A stretch of DNA of 64,000 nt, taken from NCBI GenBank assembly GCA_963666285.1, contig OY762711.1; one strand, written 5' to 3'. Positions 29,261 through 40,093 of this stretch are shown in pieces (the first letter of the stretch is position 1; each line of letters begins with the position of its first letter). The translations under genes were made by a program, and so were the position numbers. Origin of the DNA: Sedimentisphaerales bacterium (GTDB lineage Bacteria > Planctomycetota > Phycisphaerae > Sedimentisphaerales > SM23-30). The notes under the pieces are model-generated. The model was not told where the DNA came from. It saw only the letters and a list, made by a program, of their open reading frames with translations, and ran no database searches.

Positions 29261-32020
29261 TCATTTTACCGAATCCAACAAACGTGATACTTCAACTTCT
29301 TCGTAGACTTCGATAATATCACCCTGTTTAAGGTCATCAAATCCAGTCAGTTTAAGACCACATTCAAGCCCCGCCTTAACCTCGGTAGCGTCATCTTTTT
29401 CTCTTCTTAATGTTTCGATAGTATTTTCGTCTCGGATAATAACGCTGTCACGAATAACACGTACTTTGGCATTTCTGTTGATTACACCTTCCTGAACATA
29501 ACATCCGGCAACAACACCGATACGTGAGATTCTGAAGATCTGCCTGACTTCAACCTTACCAAGTACCTTGATTTCGATATCCGGAGTAAGCATACCTTCG
29601 AGAGCCGCTTTAATATCATCCATAATCTTATAGATTACACGATACATTCTAATTTCTACATTACTCTTATCGGCAAGCGATTTAGCTCTATCATCAGCAA
29701 TAACCTGGAACCCGATAATAATTGCATTCGATGCTTCAGCCAGCAGGACATCGCTTTCGCTGACACCGCCAACAGCTGAATGGAGAACTTTAACAGCAAC
29801 TTCAGAAGTATTCAGTTCTGTTATCGATTTACAAAGAACATCGACCGAACCCTGAACATCAGCTTTAATAACAACGTTAAGTTCCTTAACATCGCCAGCT
29901 GCGATTTCAGAGAATAAGTTTTCCAGAGTAATCTGGCGACGAGATGCAAGAGTTTTTTCACGCTGCATCTGTTTCTGCTCACCTGCAATCTGAGCAGCTT
30001 TTGCCATATTGTTAATAACAAAGAACCGGTCACCGGCAATAGGGACCTCATCAAGCCCTGTAATTTCAACAGGCATAGCCGGTCCGGCTTCCTGAAGGCT
30101 TTTACCGGTAGCATCACATAAAGTTCTAACACGCCCGTAAGAACAACCACTTACAATGATATCACCAGGTTTGAGATTACCTTCTTTGACCAGCATACGG
30201 GCAACTACACCAGTTTGAGTAGACATTTCGGATTCAACAATCCAACCGGTTGCAGGGCCGTCAGCAACAGCTTTCAAATCGTGCAATTCAGAAATCAGAT
30301 CAAGATGTTCGACAAGCGTATCCATACCTTCACCAGTTATGGCACTGGTCTTTATGACTTCAGTATCGCCCCCCCACTCTGCCGGAGTCAAATCATGTTC
30401 AGCAAGCTGGCCATAAACCCTGTCCGGATTAGATGTAGGCATATCGATTTTATTCAGAGCAACGATAATAGGTACCTTAGCTGCCTTTGCGTGGGCAATA
30501 GCCTCTTCAGTCTGAGGCATGATACCATCATCAGCAGCGACCACCAAAACAACAATATCGGTCATATTAGCACCACGGGCACGCATTTCAGTAAACGCCT
30601 TATGGCCGGGTGTATCCAGGAAAGTAACACGACGTTCACCGTCATCATACAGGTATGAGCCAATATGCTGGGTAATGCCGCCGGCTTCACCGGAAGTGAC
30701 CTGAGTTTTCCTGATATAATCAAGCAAAGAAGTCTTGCCATGGTCGACATGTCCAAGAAAAGCAACCACAGGTGCTCGAGGAGTCTTTTCCGATTCCTGA
30801 CTTTGCTTATCGAATTCTTCAACAAGCAGCTCGAAATTAGTTTTGTCCTGCTCAATTGTAAGCTCAACTTCGTATTCAAGAGCAAGCATTTCAGCAACTT
30901 CAGATGTAATAACCTCGTTGATGGTAGCCATAACACCAAGGCCAAGAAGCTTACCGATAATATCTGCAGCCCTTATGCCCAGTGCTGAACTAAGGTCTTT
31001 CACTGTAATAGGTTCTTTTACAGTCGCCTTTTCAATCCTTTGGCGAGTCTGCAACCCGTAAGTGCCGCTTCCACCGCCGGATTTTCCTCTTCGGATCTGC
31101 TTTTCGATGCGGTGAACACCCATTCCCGAGGCTTTGGCAAGTCTTTCATTTCTTTCTATAAGGTCCTGATCACGGAATTCAGAATCAGTGCCAAACCTGC
31201 CGCGTTTACTGCGTTTACCGCGTTTACCCTTGGCGATAGAGCTTGAATCTTCAGATAGGGTAACCTTTCGGCTGCCTTTTTTGCCCTTGACCTTACCACG
31301 AGCAGCACCAGATTCATCTTCAACAACAGCTTGCTGAGGACCAACTTCCTCTTCCTGACGTCGAGGAGGTCTCTTACCCCTTGGTACAGGTACAAAATCC
31401 GGCCTCTCAGTACGAATAACATCAGGTCCCGACAGTTTTGCCGGAGCAGGAACAAACTCTACAGCCTTAACCTTGACTTCCTTTGTATTGCTATCCTGCT
31501 TAATCATCCTGGTGACAGGAGAGACAGGTTTTTCCTCAACGGTTTTTTCCTCAGTAACCGTCGGCGTTTCAGCCACAACTTCAGCTTCATCTTCAGCCGG
31601 CTGTTCTACCTGACTATCATCAGAAGTTTCAATTTCAGATGCAACATCAACCTGCTCAGAAGAAGCCTGCTGTTCTTCTTCCAGAATTTCCTGAGGACTT
31701 TTACGCTTAGGTTTTTGTGCTTCTGCGGTCTCAGAATCAGCCTCTATTTCTTCGGCGATATTGCTATGAGTCTCAGCGGAAGCTTTAGTTTTTTTAATTC
31801 GAGCTTCTTCGAGGTTAACTTTCTCAGCCTTTTCAACTGTAGTGTGCTCTGAAACTTCATCGACACTAAACCATTCCCTGATGGTAGCTTCCAGCCCCAC
31901 TGAAACAGTACTCTGATGTCCTTTAATAGCTGAAAGTCCTTCAGCTACGCATTTGTCTACTATTGCCTTGCTCTTGATTCCAAGCTCTTTGGCTATTTCA
32001 TGTACCCTTTTGTTGGCCAA
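29261..32020 (-). CDS. infB: Translation initiation factor IF-2
   Basis: [38 protein letters not shown]. Confidence 0.98.
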   Translation of the reverse strand: MANKRVHEIAKELGIKSKAIVDKCVAEGLSAIKGHQSTVSVGLEATIREWFSVDEVSEHTTVEKAEKVNLEEARIKKTKASAETHSNIAEEIEADSETAEAQKPKRKSPQEILEEEQQASSEQVDVASEIETSDDSQVEQPAEDEAEVVAETPTVTEEKTVEEKPVSPVTRMIKQDSNTKEVKVKAVEFVPAPAKLSGPDVIRTERPDFVPVPRGKRPPRRQEEEVGPQQAVVEDESGAARGKVKGKKGSRKVTLSEDSSSIAKGKRGKRSKRGRFGTDSEFRDQDLIERNERLAKASGMGVHRIEKQIRRGKSGGGSGTYGLQTRQRIEKATVKEPITVKDLSSALGIRAADIIGKLLGLGVMATINEVITSEVAEMLALEYEVELTIEQDKTNFELLVEEFDKQSQESEKTPRAPVVAFLGHVDHGKTSLLDYIRKTQVTSGEAGGITQHIGSYLYDDGERRVTFLDTPGHKAFTEMRARGANMTDIVVLVVAADDGIMPQTEEAIAHAKAAKVPIIVALNKIDMPTSNPDRVYGQLAEHDLTPAEWGGDTEVIKTSAITGEGMDTLVEHLDLISELHDLKAVADGPATGWIVESEMSTQTGVVARMLVKEGNLKPGDIIVSGCSYGRVRTLCDATGKSLQEAGPAMPVEITGLDEVPIAGDRFFVINNMAKAAQIAGEQKQMQREKTLASRRQITLENLFSEIAAGDVKELNVVIKADVQGSVDVLCKSITELNTSEVAVKVLHSAVGGVSESDVLLAEASNAIIIGFQVIADDRAKSLADKSNVEIRMYRVIYKIMDDIKAALEGMLTPDIEIKVLGKVEVRQIFRISRIGVVAGCYVQEGVINRNAKVRVIRDSVIIRDENTIETLRREKDDATEVKAGLECGLKLTGFDDLKQGDIIEVYEEVEVSRLLDSVK

Positions 32021-32177
32021 TCAACTACTCCTGAGACTCTCACTGATAATTCCGCGTGCCTAATATACCCCACAAAATTCAGCGTGAAACTATATTCTAT
32101 TTTCAGTTATTATATAAATATTTTAATTATAAAAAACGGTTAAACCGCAATAAAAAAGAGGGCCTGCAACAAGCAGG

Positions 32178-33374
32178 TTACTTTTTATTTTCCATATCCT
32201 TCTGGATAGCTGCCTGGGCGGCAGTAGTACCATCGGTTTTTGAAGCTTCTTCGGCAGCAATACGTATAACTTCCAGAGCCAAAGCTTCAGCAATCCCCAA
32301 AGTCTGTATCAAAGGTGCCGGACCAATTTCTTCAAGGTCAAGAACGGAAACAATACCCAGAGCCAGAATTTTATCAATCAATGTATCGTCAACACCTTCA
32401 ACAGTACGTAAGGTGCGAACGAGATTTTCCATATTATTACGATATTCAGTAGGAGTCAGAATATCTATGTCCCAGTCTGTAAGCCTGGCAGCCAGCCTGA
32501 CATTCTGACCTCGTTTACCGATAGCCAAAGAAAGCTGGTCATCGGAAACAACAACAGTAGCACGGTTAAGCTCAAAGCAAAGAGCTATCTCCTGGCTGTC
32601 AGCAGGCTTAAGAGCGTTACCAATAAAAATAGAGGAAGATTCATTCCAGCGAACGATATCGATTTTTTCACCGTTGAGCTCTTCAACAATATTTTTTATA
32701 CGACTGCCGCGAACACCAACACAGGCGCCAACAGCATCAATTTTGCTATCAGCAGAAACGACGGCAACTTTAGTACGATAACCGGCTTCGCGAGCCAAAG
32801 CTTTGAGCAATACAGTATGCTCAACGACTTCAGGCACTTCCTGTTCGAAAAGTCTGAGAATAAAGTCCGGATGAGTTCGGCTGAGAATAATCTTGATTTG
32901 CCCCGGAGCTTCTTTCACTTCGTAAATAATAGCTCTAACCCGTTCACCAACACGGTGGGTTTCGCCAGGAATCTGCTCACTCTTAGGCAGCAAAGCCTCA
33001 GCTCTTCCAAGATTAACAATAGCGACATTGCCTTCGGAACGGGTAACAGCTCCACTAACAATGTCACCTACTTTTTCCTGGTACTCGGAAAAGATACTAC
33101 CTCGCTCATCTTCCCTGAGTCGCTGGATCATAACCTGCTTAACGGTCTGAGCAGGAATACGACCGAGTTTCTTAATATTCAGCGGCTCGCCATCACGAAA
33201 AGCAAGAATCTCACCTGTATAGCGGTCTATCTGTACGACGAATTCTTCGTCTGTACCAAAGTGCTTTCGCACGCCAGATACCATAGCCGCTTCTATATCA
33301 CTGAAGATGCTCTCACGATCGATATTTTTCTCACGTGATATCATCTCAATTTGTTTTAATAACTCCTGGTTCAT
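32178..33374 (-). CDS. nusA: Transcription termination/antitermination factor NusA
   Basis: GACVGVRGSRI and LAIGKRGQNVRLA; S1 and KH domains. Confidence 0.98.
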   Translation of the reverse strand: MNQELLKQIEMISREKNIDRESIFSDIEAAMVSGVRKHFGTDEEFVVQIDRYTGEILAFRDGEPLNIKKLGRIPAQTVKQVMIQRLREDERGSIFSEYQEKVGDIVSGAVTRSEGNVAIVNLGRAEALLPKSEQIPGETHRVGERVRAIIYEVKEAPGQIKIILSRTHPDFILRLFEQEVPEVVEHTVLLKALAREAGYRTKVAVVSADSKIDAVGACVGVRGSRIKNIVEELNGEKIDIVRWNESSSIFIGNALKPADSQEIALCFELNRATVVVSDDQLSLAIGKRGQNVRLAARLTDWDIDILTPTEYRNNMENLVRTLRTVEGVDDTLIDKILALGIVSVLDLEEIGPAPLIQTLGIAEALALEVIRIAAEEASKTDGTTAAQAAIQKDMENKK

Positions 33375-33477
33375 AATCTCTTGTCCTGATTTCTTGTTTA
33401 CCGCTACCTAAGAGCCTGTTAATTCGATTCAGTATAAGCTATTATTTAGCCACTGTATCTACTTCCTTCTTTATAAC

Positions 33478-33511
33478 AAAAAAAGCGGGCAAACTTTATA
33501 AGACCCACTTT
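33478..33511 (-). promoter_or_regulatory. rimP-leader-like terminator/attenuator hairpin upstream of nusA
   Basis: Minus strand AAAGTGGGTC-loop-GCCCGCTTTTTTT, about 105 nt before the nusA start. Confidence 0.65.
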
Positions 33512-33869
33512 GATTTCCACACATAAAACAACACTAATATTCGAAATCCTTTTCGACTTTGTATGGACAATACCTGATTGTACAGGTGGGTTTTACATAA
33601 ATCGCTCTCCTAAATGATAGCGATGGTTGTTTTTTGCATTATCAAACATAATCTTTTCATTCCTGCCCCGGCAAATATTGGGGCTTTTACTTCAATCGTA
33701 ATATAAAAGCAAAACTAATTTATATACGCAAAACCAGTATAATGCAATAAAAAACCTGTCAAAAAGCTTTTTTTCTAACATAATACCAATCGGTACAATC
33801 ACTGAAGTTTCTATAAAAATGCGTGGTATTTACCAAATACAGCCATTTAACCATAAAACGCATAAGTAT

Positions 33870-35387
33870 TTATTTTTTAGATATTAACGCATAATAGCCG
33901 CCATCGTGGCAACTATGGATATAACTGATAATATCCCGAGAGGCTTTTGAGGGCGATTCTGATTTAGAATTATTTTCACTATCCAGTTTTTTAGGAGGTT
34001 TGAGATACTTCACTTCCGGCATTATGGTGCATTCAGATATAAGCTCATACTCAGAATGGTCTTTTAGGAACGTATGTACAAGAGTCTGATTTTCAATAGG
34101 ATCGACACTGCACGTACTATAAACTATTTTACCACCTGGCTTTACAAGTGAACATGCTTTTTCGAGCAACTCGCCCTGTAAACTGGTATTACCATTTATG
34201 TCAGAAGGATTAAGCAAATGCCTGGCCTCAACCCGTCGAGCAAGAACTCCGGTATTACTACAAGGAACATCAACGATAGCGGCATCAAAAAGTGAATCCA
34301 GTTCTGAAAGTTTCTGCTCTAAAGCATCTACCCGACAGCACTCGATAATATCAAAACCTAATCTCTGATAGTTTTCTTCGATTTTTTCGATCTTTTTTCT
34401 TACAGTATCAACTGCCAAAATATAGCCTTCATTGTTCATTAAAGCGGCAATATGGGTGCTTTTACCTCCAGGAGCTGCGCATAAATCAAGAATTTTCTGT
34501 CCGGGTTTAGGATCCAGGGCTAAAACCGGATGTTGTGCCATCCAATCCTGAATGTAAAAATCTCCCTGCTCAAACCCATTGATCTTTGCCGGATTTGTTC
34601 TGCTGAGCAGCTCGACAGCCTGGGTGGTACTACCATTTTCTATTTTTATATCAGCAATACTAAAATTCAGTCCCTGTTCGATAAGCTCCTGCTTGATTTT
34701 ATCTACACTGGAGCGAACCGTATTGGGCCGGAGCCAAATACCAGGCTTACTGTTGGAAGCGATACATAAATCATAGGCTTTTTCGAAGCCAAAAGTCTTT
34801 ATCCATCGTTCTACCAACCATTTAGGGAAGGAGAAAGCAATAGAAAGGAACTTATCCGGAGAAGATTTTTTGTCAGGAAAAAGCATTTTATTGAAACGGC
34901 AGACAGTTTTTCCATCGATAAGGACATCGAACCTGGGTTTATACTCCCCAGCTGAAATATTACAGGTTATCTCTATTCCTCGTTGAATATTTCTCAGGAC
35001 ACCATTAACAAAACCAGCAGCCCCGGTGTATTTTGTCTCTCGTGCCTGGCCGACAGATTCATTTAAGCTGGCAAAATCCGGAGTTCTCATGTATACCAGC
35101 TGATAAAGGCCAACACGGAGAATTTGCAGAACAAGCGGATCAATCTGTTTAATGGGCCGGTTAGAAAATTTCATTATAATATGGTCAAGAGTGATCAAAT
35201 GCCGGCAGGTACCATTAACAAGTTCAGTAATAAACCTGCGGTCTTGCGGCGTCAGATCAGATGAGCCAAACTGCCGATCCAGATAATCCTGAAGGAGGGT
35301 TTTACCAAAAAGAAATGCATTTAACGCATTTACAGCTATATCTCTAGGTCGAGATACTTCCAGGTCTTTTATTTTACGTTTTGCCAT
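33870..35387 (-). CDS. rsmB: 16S rRNA m5C967 methyltransferase RsmB (NusB-like + NOL1/NOP2/Sun domains)
   Basis: GFVNGVLR, DLCAAPGGKS, DVPCS, YSTCS motifs. Confidence 0.92.
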   Translation of the reverse strand: MAKRKIKDLEVSRPRDIAVNALNAFLFGKTLLQDYLDRQFGSSDLTPQDRRFITELVNGTCRHLITLDHIIMKFSNRPIKQIDPLVLQILRVGLYQLVYMRTPDFASLNESVGQARETKYTGAAGFVNGVLRNIQRGIEITCNISAGEYKPRFDVLIDGKTVCRFNKMLFPDKKSSPDKFLSIAFSFPKWLVERWIKTFGFEKAYDLCIASNSKPGIWLRPNTVRSSVDKIKQELIEQGLNFSIADIKIENGSTTQAVELLSRTNPAKINGFEQGDFYIQDWMAQHPVLALDPKPGQKILDLCAAPGGKSTHIAALMNNEGYILAVDTVRKKIEKIEENYQRLGFDIIECCRVDALEQKLSELDSLFDAAIVDVPCSNTGVLARRVEARHLLNPSDINGNTSLQGELLEKACSLVKPGGKIVYSTCSVDPIENQTLVHTFLKDHSEYELISECTIMPEVKYLKPPKKLDSENNSKSESPSKASRDIISYIHSCHDGGYYALISKK

Positions 35388-35470
35388 AACAGGCCATTGT
35401 AACCTAGAATTGGAAATATAGCAACAATCTCAAAAATATAGAAATATTAATATGTGAGCCAGAAAACCTC

Positions 35471-36019
35471 TTATTTGCTTAACTCGGCAACAAAAGGCAG
35501 CTCTCGATACTTCTGATCATAATCCAGACCATATCCAACAATAAACGCATCGTGGATCTTCATGCCAATATAGTCAATTTTTACCTGCTTCTCATGCCCA
35601 CGCTGTTTATCAAACATAACAGCAACCTTAACACGTTTGGGACAAAAGCTGGTAATCTTGAAAATCAGGGTTGCCAGTGTCGTACCGGTATCATAAACAT
35701 CATCAAGAATCAGAACATCTTTGCCGAGCAGGTCAAGATTGAGTAAACCGTCGAACTTTACCACACCACTAGAGCTAGTAGAACCATAATAACTGGCGGC
35801 TTTGATCTCTACCGACTCAAACTTTGGATCATTCAATTCAGCCAGTAAATCCCTGGAAAACGGTCGAGCACCTTCAAGAACAGTAATAACAGTAACATTA
35901 TTACTTTCGGCATAGAAGGATTTTATCTGTTCAGCAAGAAATTTGACTGCATTTTGAATTTCATCCGGGCTGACCAGCTCGTTAAATTGCATTCCATCAA
36001 TGTTGTGTATTTTAGGCAT
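35471..36019 (-). CDS. hpt: Hypoxanthine phosphoribosyltransferase
   Basis: VLILDDVYDTGTT PRPP loop and FIVGYGLDY..YRELP. Confidence 0.9.
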   Translation of the reverse strand: MPKIHNIDGMQFNELVSPDEIQNAVKFLAEQIKSFYAESNNVTVITVLEGARPFSRDLLAELNDPKFESVEIKAASYYGSTSSSGVVKFDGLLNLDLLGKDVLILDDVYDTGTTLATLIFKITSFCPKRVKVAVMFDKQRGHEKQVKIDYIGMKIHDAFIVGYGLDYDQKYRELPFVAELSK

Positions 36020-36104
36020 ATTCCGGTTCGAGACCTCTGGCTGTCATATATCAATAAAGTGGATATACTAACAGAAACACAAGATATTTCAAGGAAAAGG
36101 AAGA

Positions 36105-36316
36105 ACGGTTTATGCTTCGCATCATATACATGGCGCACTTTTGACTGTTCAACATTACACGCAAAGGCCAGAACAGGGCCAATTAAGTGAAAAATGAATA
36201 ATGAAAAGTGATAAATTAAGGTGTTCGACTTTCGTCTCACTTTTTGTTTAAATTTAAAGCGTTGCAGGAAGGCCCTTTTAGGCGATTTTTGCAACTTAAA
36301 AACTGCGAAAGTAAAC
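36105..36316 (+). repeat. Modular intergenic repeat, copy 5 (A, B, hairpin, internally deleted D); most complete copy
   Basis: Joins module A (as at 18401), B (as at about 3194) and D (as at 8756 and 27992) in one element. Confidence 0.9.
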
Positions 36317-36331
36317 AGGAATAATCAAAAG

Positions 36332-36369
36332 AAAAAGGCATCTGAGCAGGAAATGCCTTAGATGCCTTT
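36332..36369 (-). terminator. Intrinsic terminator after the cytochrome gene
   Basis: AAAGGCATCT...AGATGCCTTT inverted repeat with T tract on the minus strand. Confidence 0.75.
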
Positions 36370-36392
36370 CAATATTTCACATAATTAGTCAT

Positions 36393-37826
36393 TTAGTCCC
36401 AATACTTCCGCCCTTCATAGTCCCAATGCTTGATCTTTTCGAAGTATTCTTCCCGCTTATCCTGAAATTCCGGGCTGTGATAGTCATTATGGCATTGTTC
36501 GCAAGGAGTATACGGCTGCTTGGAATAAGATTCATTCGGATATTCATTATGAATCATTCCGGGGCCATGACACATTTCGCAACCAACCGCAGCCAGCTCC
36601 GGTGTCTCTTCCTGTGATTTATACCCGCTTTCATACCTCAACCCAACAGTATGACATTCCATACATTCAGGATCGAAGTTTCGATTAACTTTTTCCAGGG
36701 TTGGTACAGCCTGGGAATGTCGCAGGGTTGACCATTTTTCATATACTTTAGGATGGCAATCCGGAGCTCCGCAACTGGCACTACCGGCAAACATATTGTT
36801 GTCCTCTAAAGGCATCCGTTCATTATTTTCGGAAATAAGATTTTCCACCATCAGCCGCAACTGATATTCATCCATCAACTTAACAACGTTCTTATCTAAA
36901 TTGAAGGAAGAGTGAATCGGGATACCATCAAGTTTGAGGTTACCAGGAGAAACCGGCTTATCAGCCGCCATTGAAAACCTGGTAAGATATTTGCTTAGCG
37001 AACCGGTATCACAAGCAAACATTGTCTTTGTTGTAAATCTCTTCTGCGGCTCATCACCAAATCCACGGCAGACAAACAAGTCAATCTCTTTGACAGCCTG
37101 TACCGCTTCGACCAGTTTATCGTTTTCAGTCTGGCTCAACAAGATGACAATTGCATTTTTCTGGTCTTTTAGCTTTAGTTTTTTTATGAGATCTTTAACA
37201 GCAACAACCGGCTCAATAAGCTTCATCTCTTTGCCAGCATCAGTGTCATAGCCTTCGGCAATACCAAAAACATAAGCTTTACGGGTCTTACCTTTATATT
37301 TTAGTTCTTTGACAAAATATTGAACTCCCCCAAAGCCGGCTAGTTCATCTTCGGGCATATTGCTACAGATTACCGGAGGTCGCAAAGAGGCATCAAGGTC
37401 AACCGTATGACTATGAAGCAAATTAAGTTCGGCTGCGGTCATACAGACAGCATCATAGCCCACAGTTTTCATTGCCTGGAGAAAGGTATCAAACTTAAGC
37501 TGATTCTGGCGGTCTAACTTTTCGATCAGAGGGCCGGTCTCCAGTATAAGTCGACTTTGCTCATCCGGGGCAACAATACCGATAGTTTCGGTGCGTCTGT
37601 CAAGACCACCGAGCTGCTTTTCGGTACAACCACATGGTTCTATCTGGCCTTTCCAGTTACCACTAAGCAATATCGAATAGCCATCGAAAGGTTTAGCATC
37701 GGTCTGCTCAGGTCCATCGGAATCTTTAGTAACCCCGGCACCTGACAGAATTAACGCACTAATTAAAACAAGGCCGACATATAATGCCGGCCATGATTTT
37801 TTGATGATATTAGTCATAAAGCCCAT
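36393..37826 (-). CDS. Multiheme cytochrome c (c554-like) fused to an UshA/5'-nucleotidase-like N-terminal domain
   Basis: CGAPDCH, CMECH, CEMCHG, CEQCH; N-terminal GQIEPCGC...GGLDRR; signal/TM segment. Confidence 0.85.
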   Translation of the reverse strand: MGFMTNIIKKSWPALYVGLVLISALILSGAGVTKDSDGPEQTDAKPFDGYSILLSGNWKGQIEPCGCTEKQLGGLDRRTETIGIVAPDEQSRLILETGPLIEKLDRQNQLKFDTFLQAMKTVGYDAVCMTAAELNLLHSHTVDLDASLRPPVICSNMPEDELAGFGGVQYFVKELKYKGKTRKAYVFGIAEGYDTDAGKEMKLIEPVVAVKDLIKKLKLKDQKNAIVILLSQTENDKLVEAVQAVKEIDLFVCRGFGDEPQKRFTTKTMFACDTGSLSKYLTRFSMAADKPVSPGNLKLDGIPIHSSFNLDKNVVKLMDEYQLRLMVENLISENNERMPLEDNNMFAGSASCGAPDCHPKVYEKWSTLRHSQAVPTLEKVNRNFDPECMECHTVGLRYESGYKSQEETPELAAVGCEMCHGPGMIHNEYPNESYSKQPYTPCEQCHNDYHSPEFQDKREEYFEKIKHWDYEGRKYWD

Positions 37827-37859
37827 CCCAAAGAAGGCAAAATTAATATAGCTGGTACA

Positions 37860-39002
37860 TTAACGAATCATGCCATAACAGTGAACTTCAAGAACTTCAT
37901 CGTGTCCGGCTATAGGAATAAGCAAATAATCGCTCACATAACGTTTGGTATCTTCTATCTGGTTAACTTTGTCCATATCCAAAACAGCGTGGACTTCATA
38001 TCCATCAATACTAGGCTTTGTATCCAAGACTTTCAAATACCCCTGTTTGCTAGTAATCTCACCTAACTCAAAATCTTCTTTAAAGTTTGAGACAACTTTA
38101 ATCCTGGCATGCCTACCGGATTCTGTAGCCGGGACGAGCCTCTTTGTTTTCGGATAAGCGGCAAAAGGCAACTTGGTATTATACCTAACAACAAGCCTGT
38201 TTACCTTTGGGTGATCCGTCTTTATTGTAAGCAACCCAGATGGTGCTTCACCCAGTTTTTCCAGATCAACGTCAACTACCAGCTTGTGCATCTTGGCTTT
38301 AACACTGGTATCAAGCTTGTCATTATCAAGATGTTTAAGAGTAACAGCATCTTTATTGCTTAAGATGCCAGTAATTTTGAACTCCGACCCATCAGTGCTA
38401 TTCACTATGATAGTCTGATTATTATCATAGTCAGGATTTAGCCCAAAATTCAAAGCGGCAGGAGTAACTTCCAGCACCTGAATGATATCCGCCTGGAAGG
38501 TAAGAGTCATAGTTGAAGGTTTAGCAGGACTTTTTAACGCAATATTAATCTTTTTCTGAACCTTACCGTGAGAGGTCCCAACGTTGAAGGTAAATTCCAG
38601 ATCAGCAGTTTCGCCGGGAGCTAATACTTTCCCATTCAAATTTCCCGGAGTAGTACACCGACAAGGAGCAGTGACCCTGGCAATCTCAAGGTTTTCGTCA
38701 CCCTCATTTTTAAGAACAAATTTGCCTTTCTTCAATCCGCCGGGTTCAATCCTGCCAAAATCATACAATTTTGTATCAACAGTCAAAATCCCGCCGCCCA
38801 GTGCCGACTTGTCATTAGTCTGCTTATCAGAATCCTGCTTTGCCTGCTCCTTAACCTCGATCTTTTCAACTTCCTGCGTTTTAGCTTTATCTGCAGATGT
38901 GTCAGCAGTTGAACTCTTGTCCGTTTCCGGTGAGCCGCATCCAGCAACAAAACCCAGAGCCAAAACCAAAACAAACAGATTTTTTCTGATAAACAATACC
39001 AT
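37860..39002 (-). CDS. DUF1573-domain lipoprotein
   Basis: Lipobox VAGC; YDFGRI..F.LKNEG...APCRCT...LAPGE. Confidence 0.82.
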   Translation of the reverse strand: MVLFIRKNLFVLVLALGFVAGCGSPETDKSSTADTSADKAKTQEVEKIEVKEQAKQDSDKQTNDKSALGGGILTVDTKLYDFGRIEPGGLKKGKFVLKNEGDENLEIARVTAPCRCTTPGNLNGKVLAPGETADLEFTFNVGTSHGKVQKKINIALKSPAKPSTMTLTFQADIIQVLEVTPAALNFGLNPDYDNNQTIIVNSTDGSEFKITGILSNKDAVTLKHLDNDKLDTSVKAKMHKLVVDVDLEKLGEAPSGLLTIKTDHPKVNRLVVRYNTKLPFAAYPKTKRLVPATESGRHARIKVVSNFKEDFELGEITSKQGYLKVLDTKPSIDGYEVHAVLDMDKVNQIEDTKRYVSDYLLIPIAGHDEVLEVHCYGMIR

Positions 39003-39482
39003 ATAGAAACTCTCCTGTAAAATTATCCAGTAAAACTGGGGACTTCTAAGTATATTAATAGTAATTATACGGCAAAATAAATATAACTGTTCAATAAAAA
39101 AAACAGCGTCTTATGCCTATCTTACCGTAACAGACCTAATATCTTACTTGTTTTAACTTGCTTGTTCAATACCAATGAATAAATATACCACTAAAACGAC
39201 ATAAGTGATTTAACTGCAAGCCATTACATTAAACAAACATATAAGTTCATGGTAGAAAAACTTATATATAATAATTCATAAAGGTATATCGGCCTTAAAT
39301 TAACACAAATACATTACAAAATTCCAACAAAGATGACAACAAAGGCTAATAAAGCCTATAATCTAATATAAATTGAAATGCTTCCAATAAATTCCAAAAG
39401 TATTTTTCTGGAATTCCTACTAGTGCAAAGGCTATACTATCAAAATTTCAAAATTACATAACACAGGGAAAAGAAAGAATAT

Positions 39483-39956
39483 ATGTCACCCGAGAAAGAA
39501 ACATTTGAAAATGGAATTTTGATTGTTACCGGCTCAAACCTCCATGCAGAGCAAACGGACCGCCCAATTGCGTATCTTTTGGCTAATGCAATTCAGGACC
39601 GGCTGAAAGCAATAGGCAGCAGCTCAAAAGTAACGGTTATCAGTGATTTATGGTATCTGAACAGTGAACCGCTGAAAGAATTGCCAACAATATCTATTGG
39701 CGCTCCTAATATCAATGCCGTTACAGCGTTTTTCAGCAGGAGATTGGACAATATTCTTTCAATAGATAACACTTTAACAATTCAAATGGATATCTCCTGT
39801 AATGATTTACGAGTAGCGATCTGGGGTTCCTGCACCAAAAATACTCAAGAAGCAATCATCTTATTTAACGAAAAAGGCTATTTAAACCAATTTGTCGAAG
39901 CAGCTTTCATGTGGTACTCTCACCCCCAAACGGGCAATATCCACAATAAGCATTAA
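39483..39956 (+). CDS. Hypothetical protein
   Basis: 157-aa ORF with alpha/beta pattern (ISIGAPNIN). Confidence 0.7.
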   Translation: MSPEKETFENGILIVTGSNLHAEQTDRPIAYLLANAIQDRLKAIGSSSKVTVISDLWYLNSEPLKELPTISIGAPNINAVTAFFSRRLDNILSIDNTLTIQMDISCNDLRVAIWGSCTKNTQEAIILFNEKGYLNQFVEAAFMWYSHPQTGNIHNKH

Positions 39957-40038
39957 GGGCACCTCAAAAAAATCTTTTTCAGCGAAAGATGGATCTTTGG
40001 CAACGAAAGCAATTTCTAGAAGTACCGTTAATTAAAAC

Positions 40039-40074
40039 AAAAAAAGCCACCTGACATATCAACAGGCGGCTTTT
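40039..40074. terminator. Terminator (possibly bidirectional) after flagellin
   Basis: AAAAAAAGCCACCTG...CAGGCGGCTTTT. Confidence 0.75.
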
Positions 40075-40093
40075 AGGATTAGTAATTAAGGTT

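Noticed and set aside
35923..36294. 123-aa ORF sharing CNVE.SKV.HVYDAK with the MFS N-terminal extension
   Set aside because: The similarity comes from the non-coding repeat module A read on the minus strand.
37620..37640. Selenocysteine recoding at the PCGC motif
   Set aside because: Both positions are Cys codons; there is no in-frame TGA.
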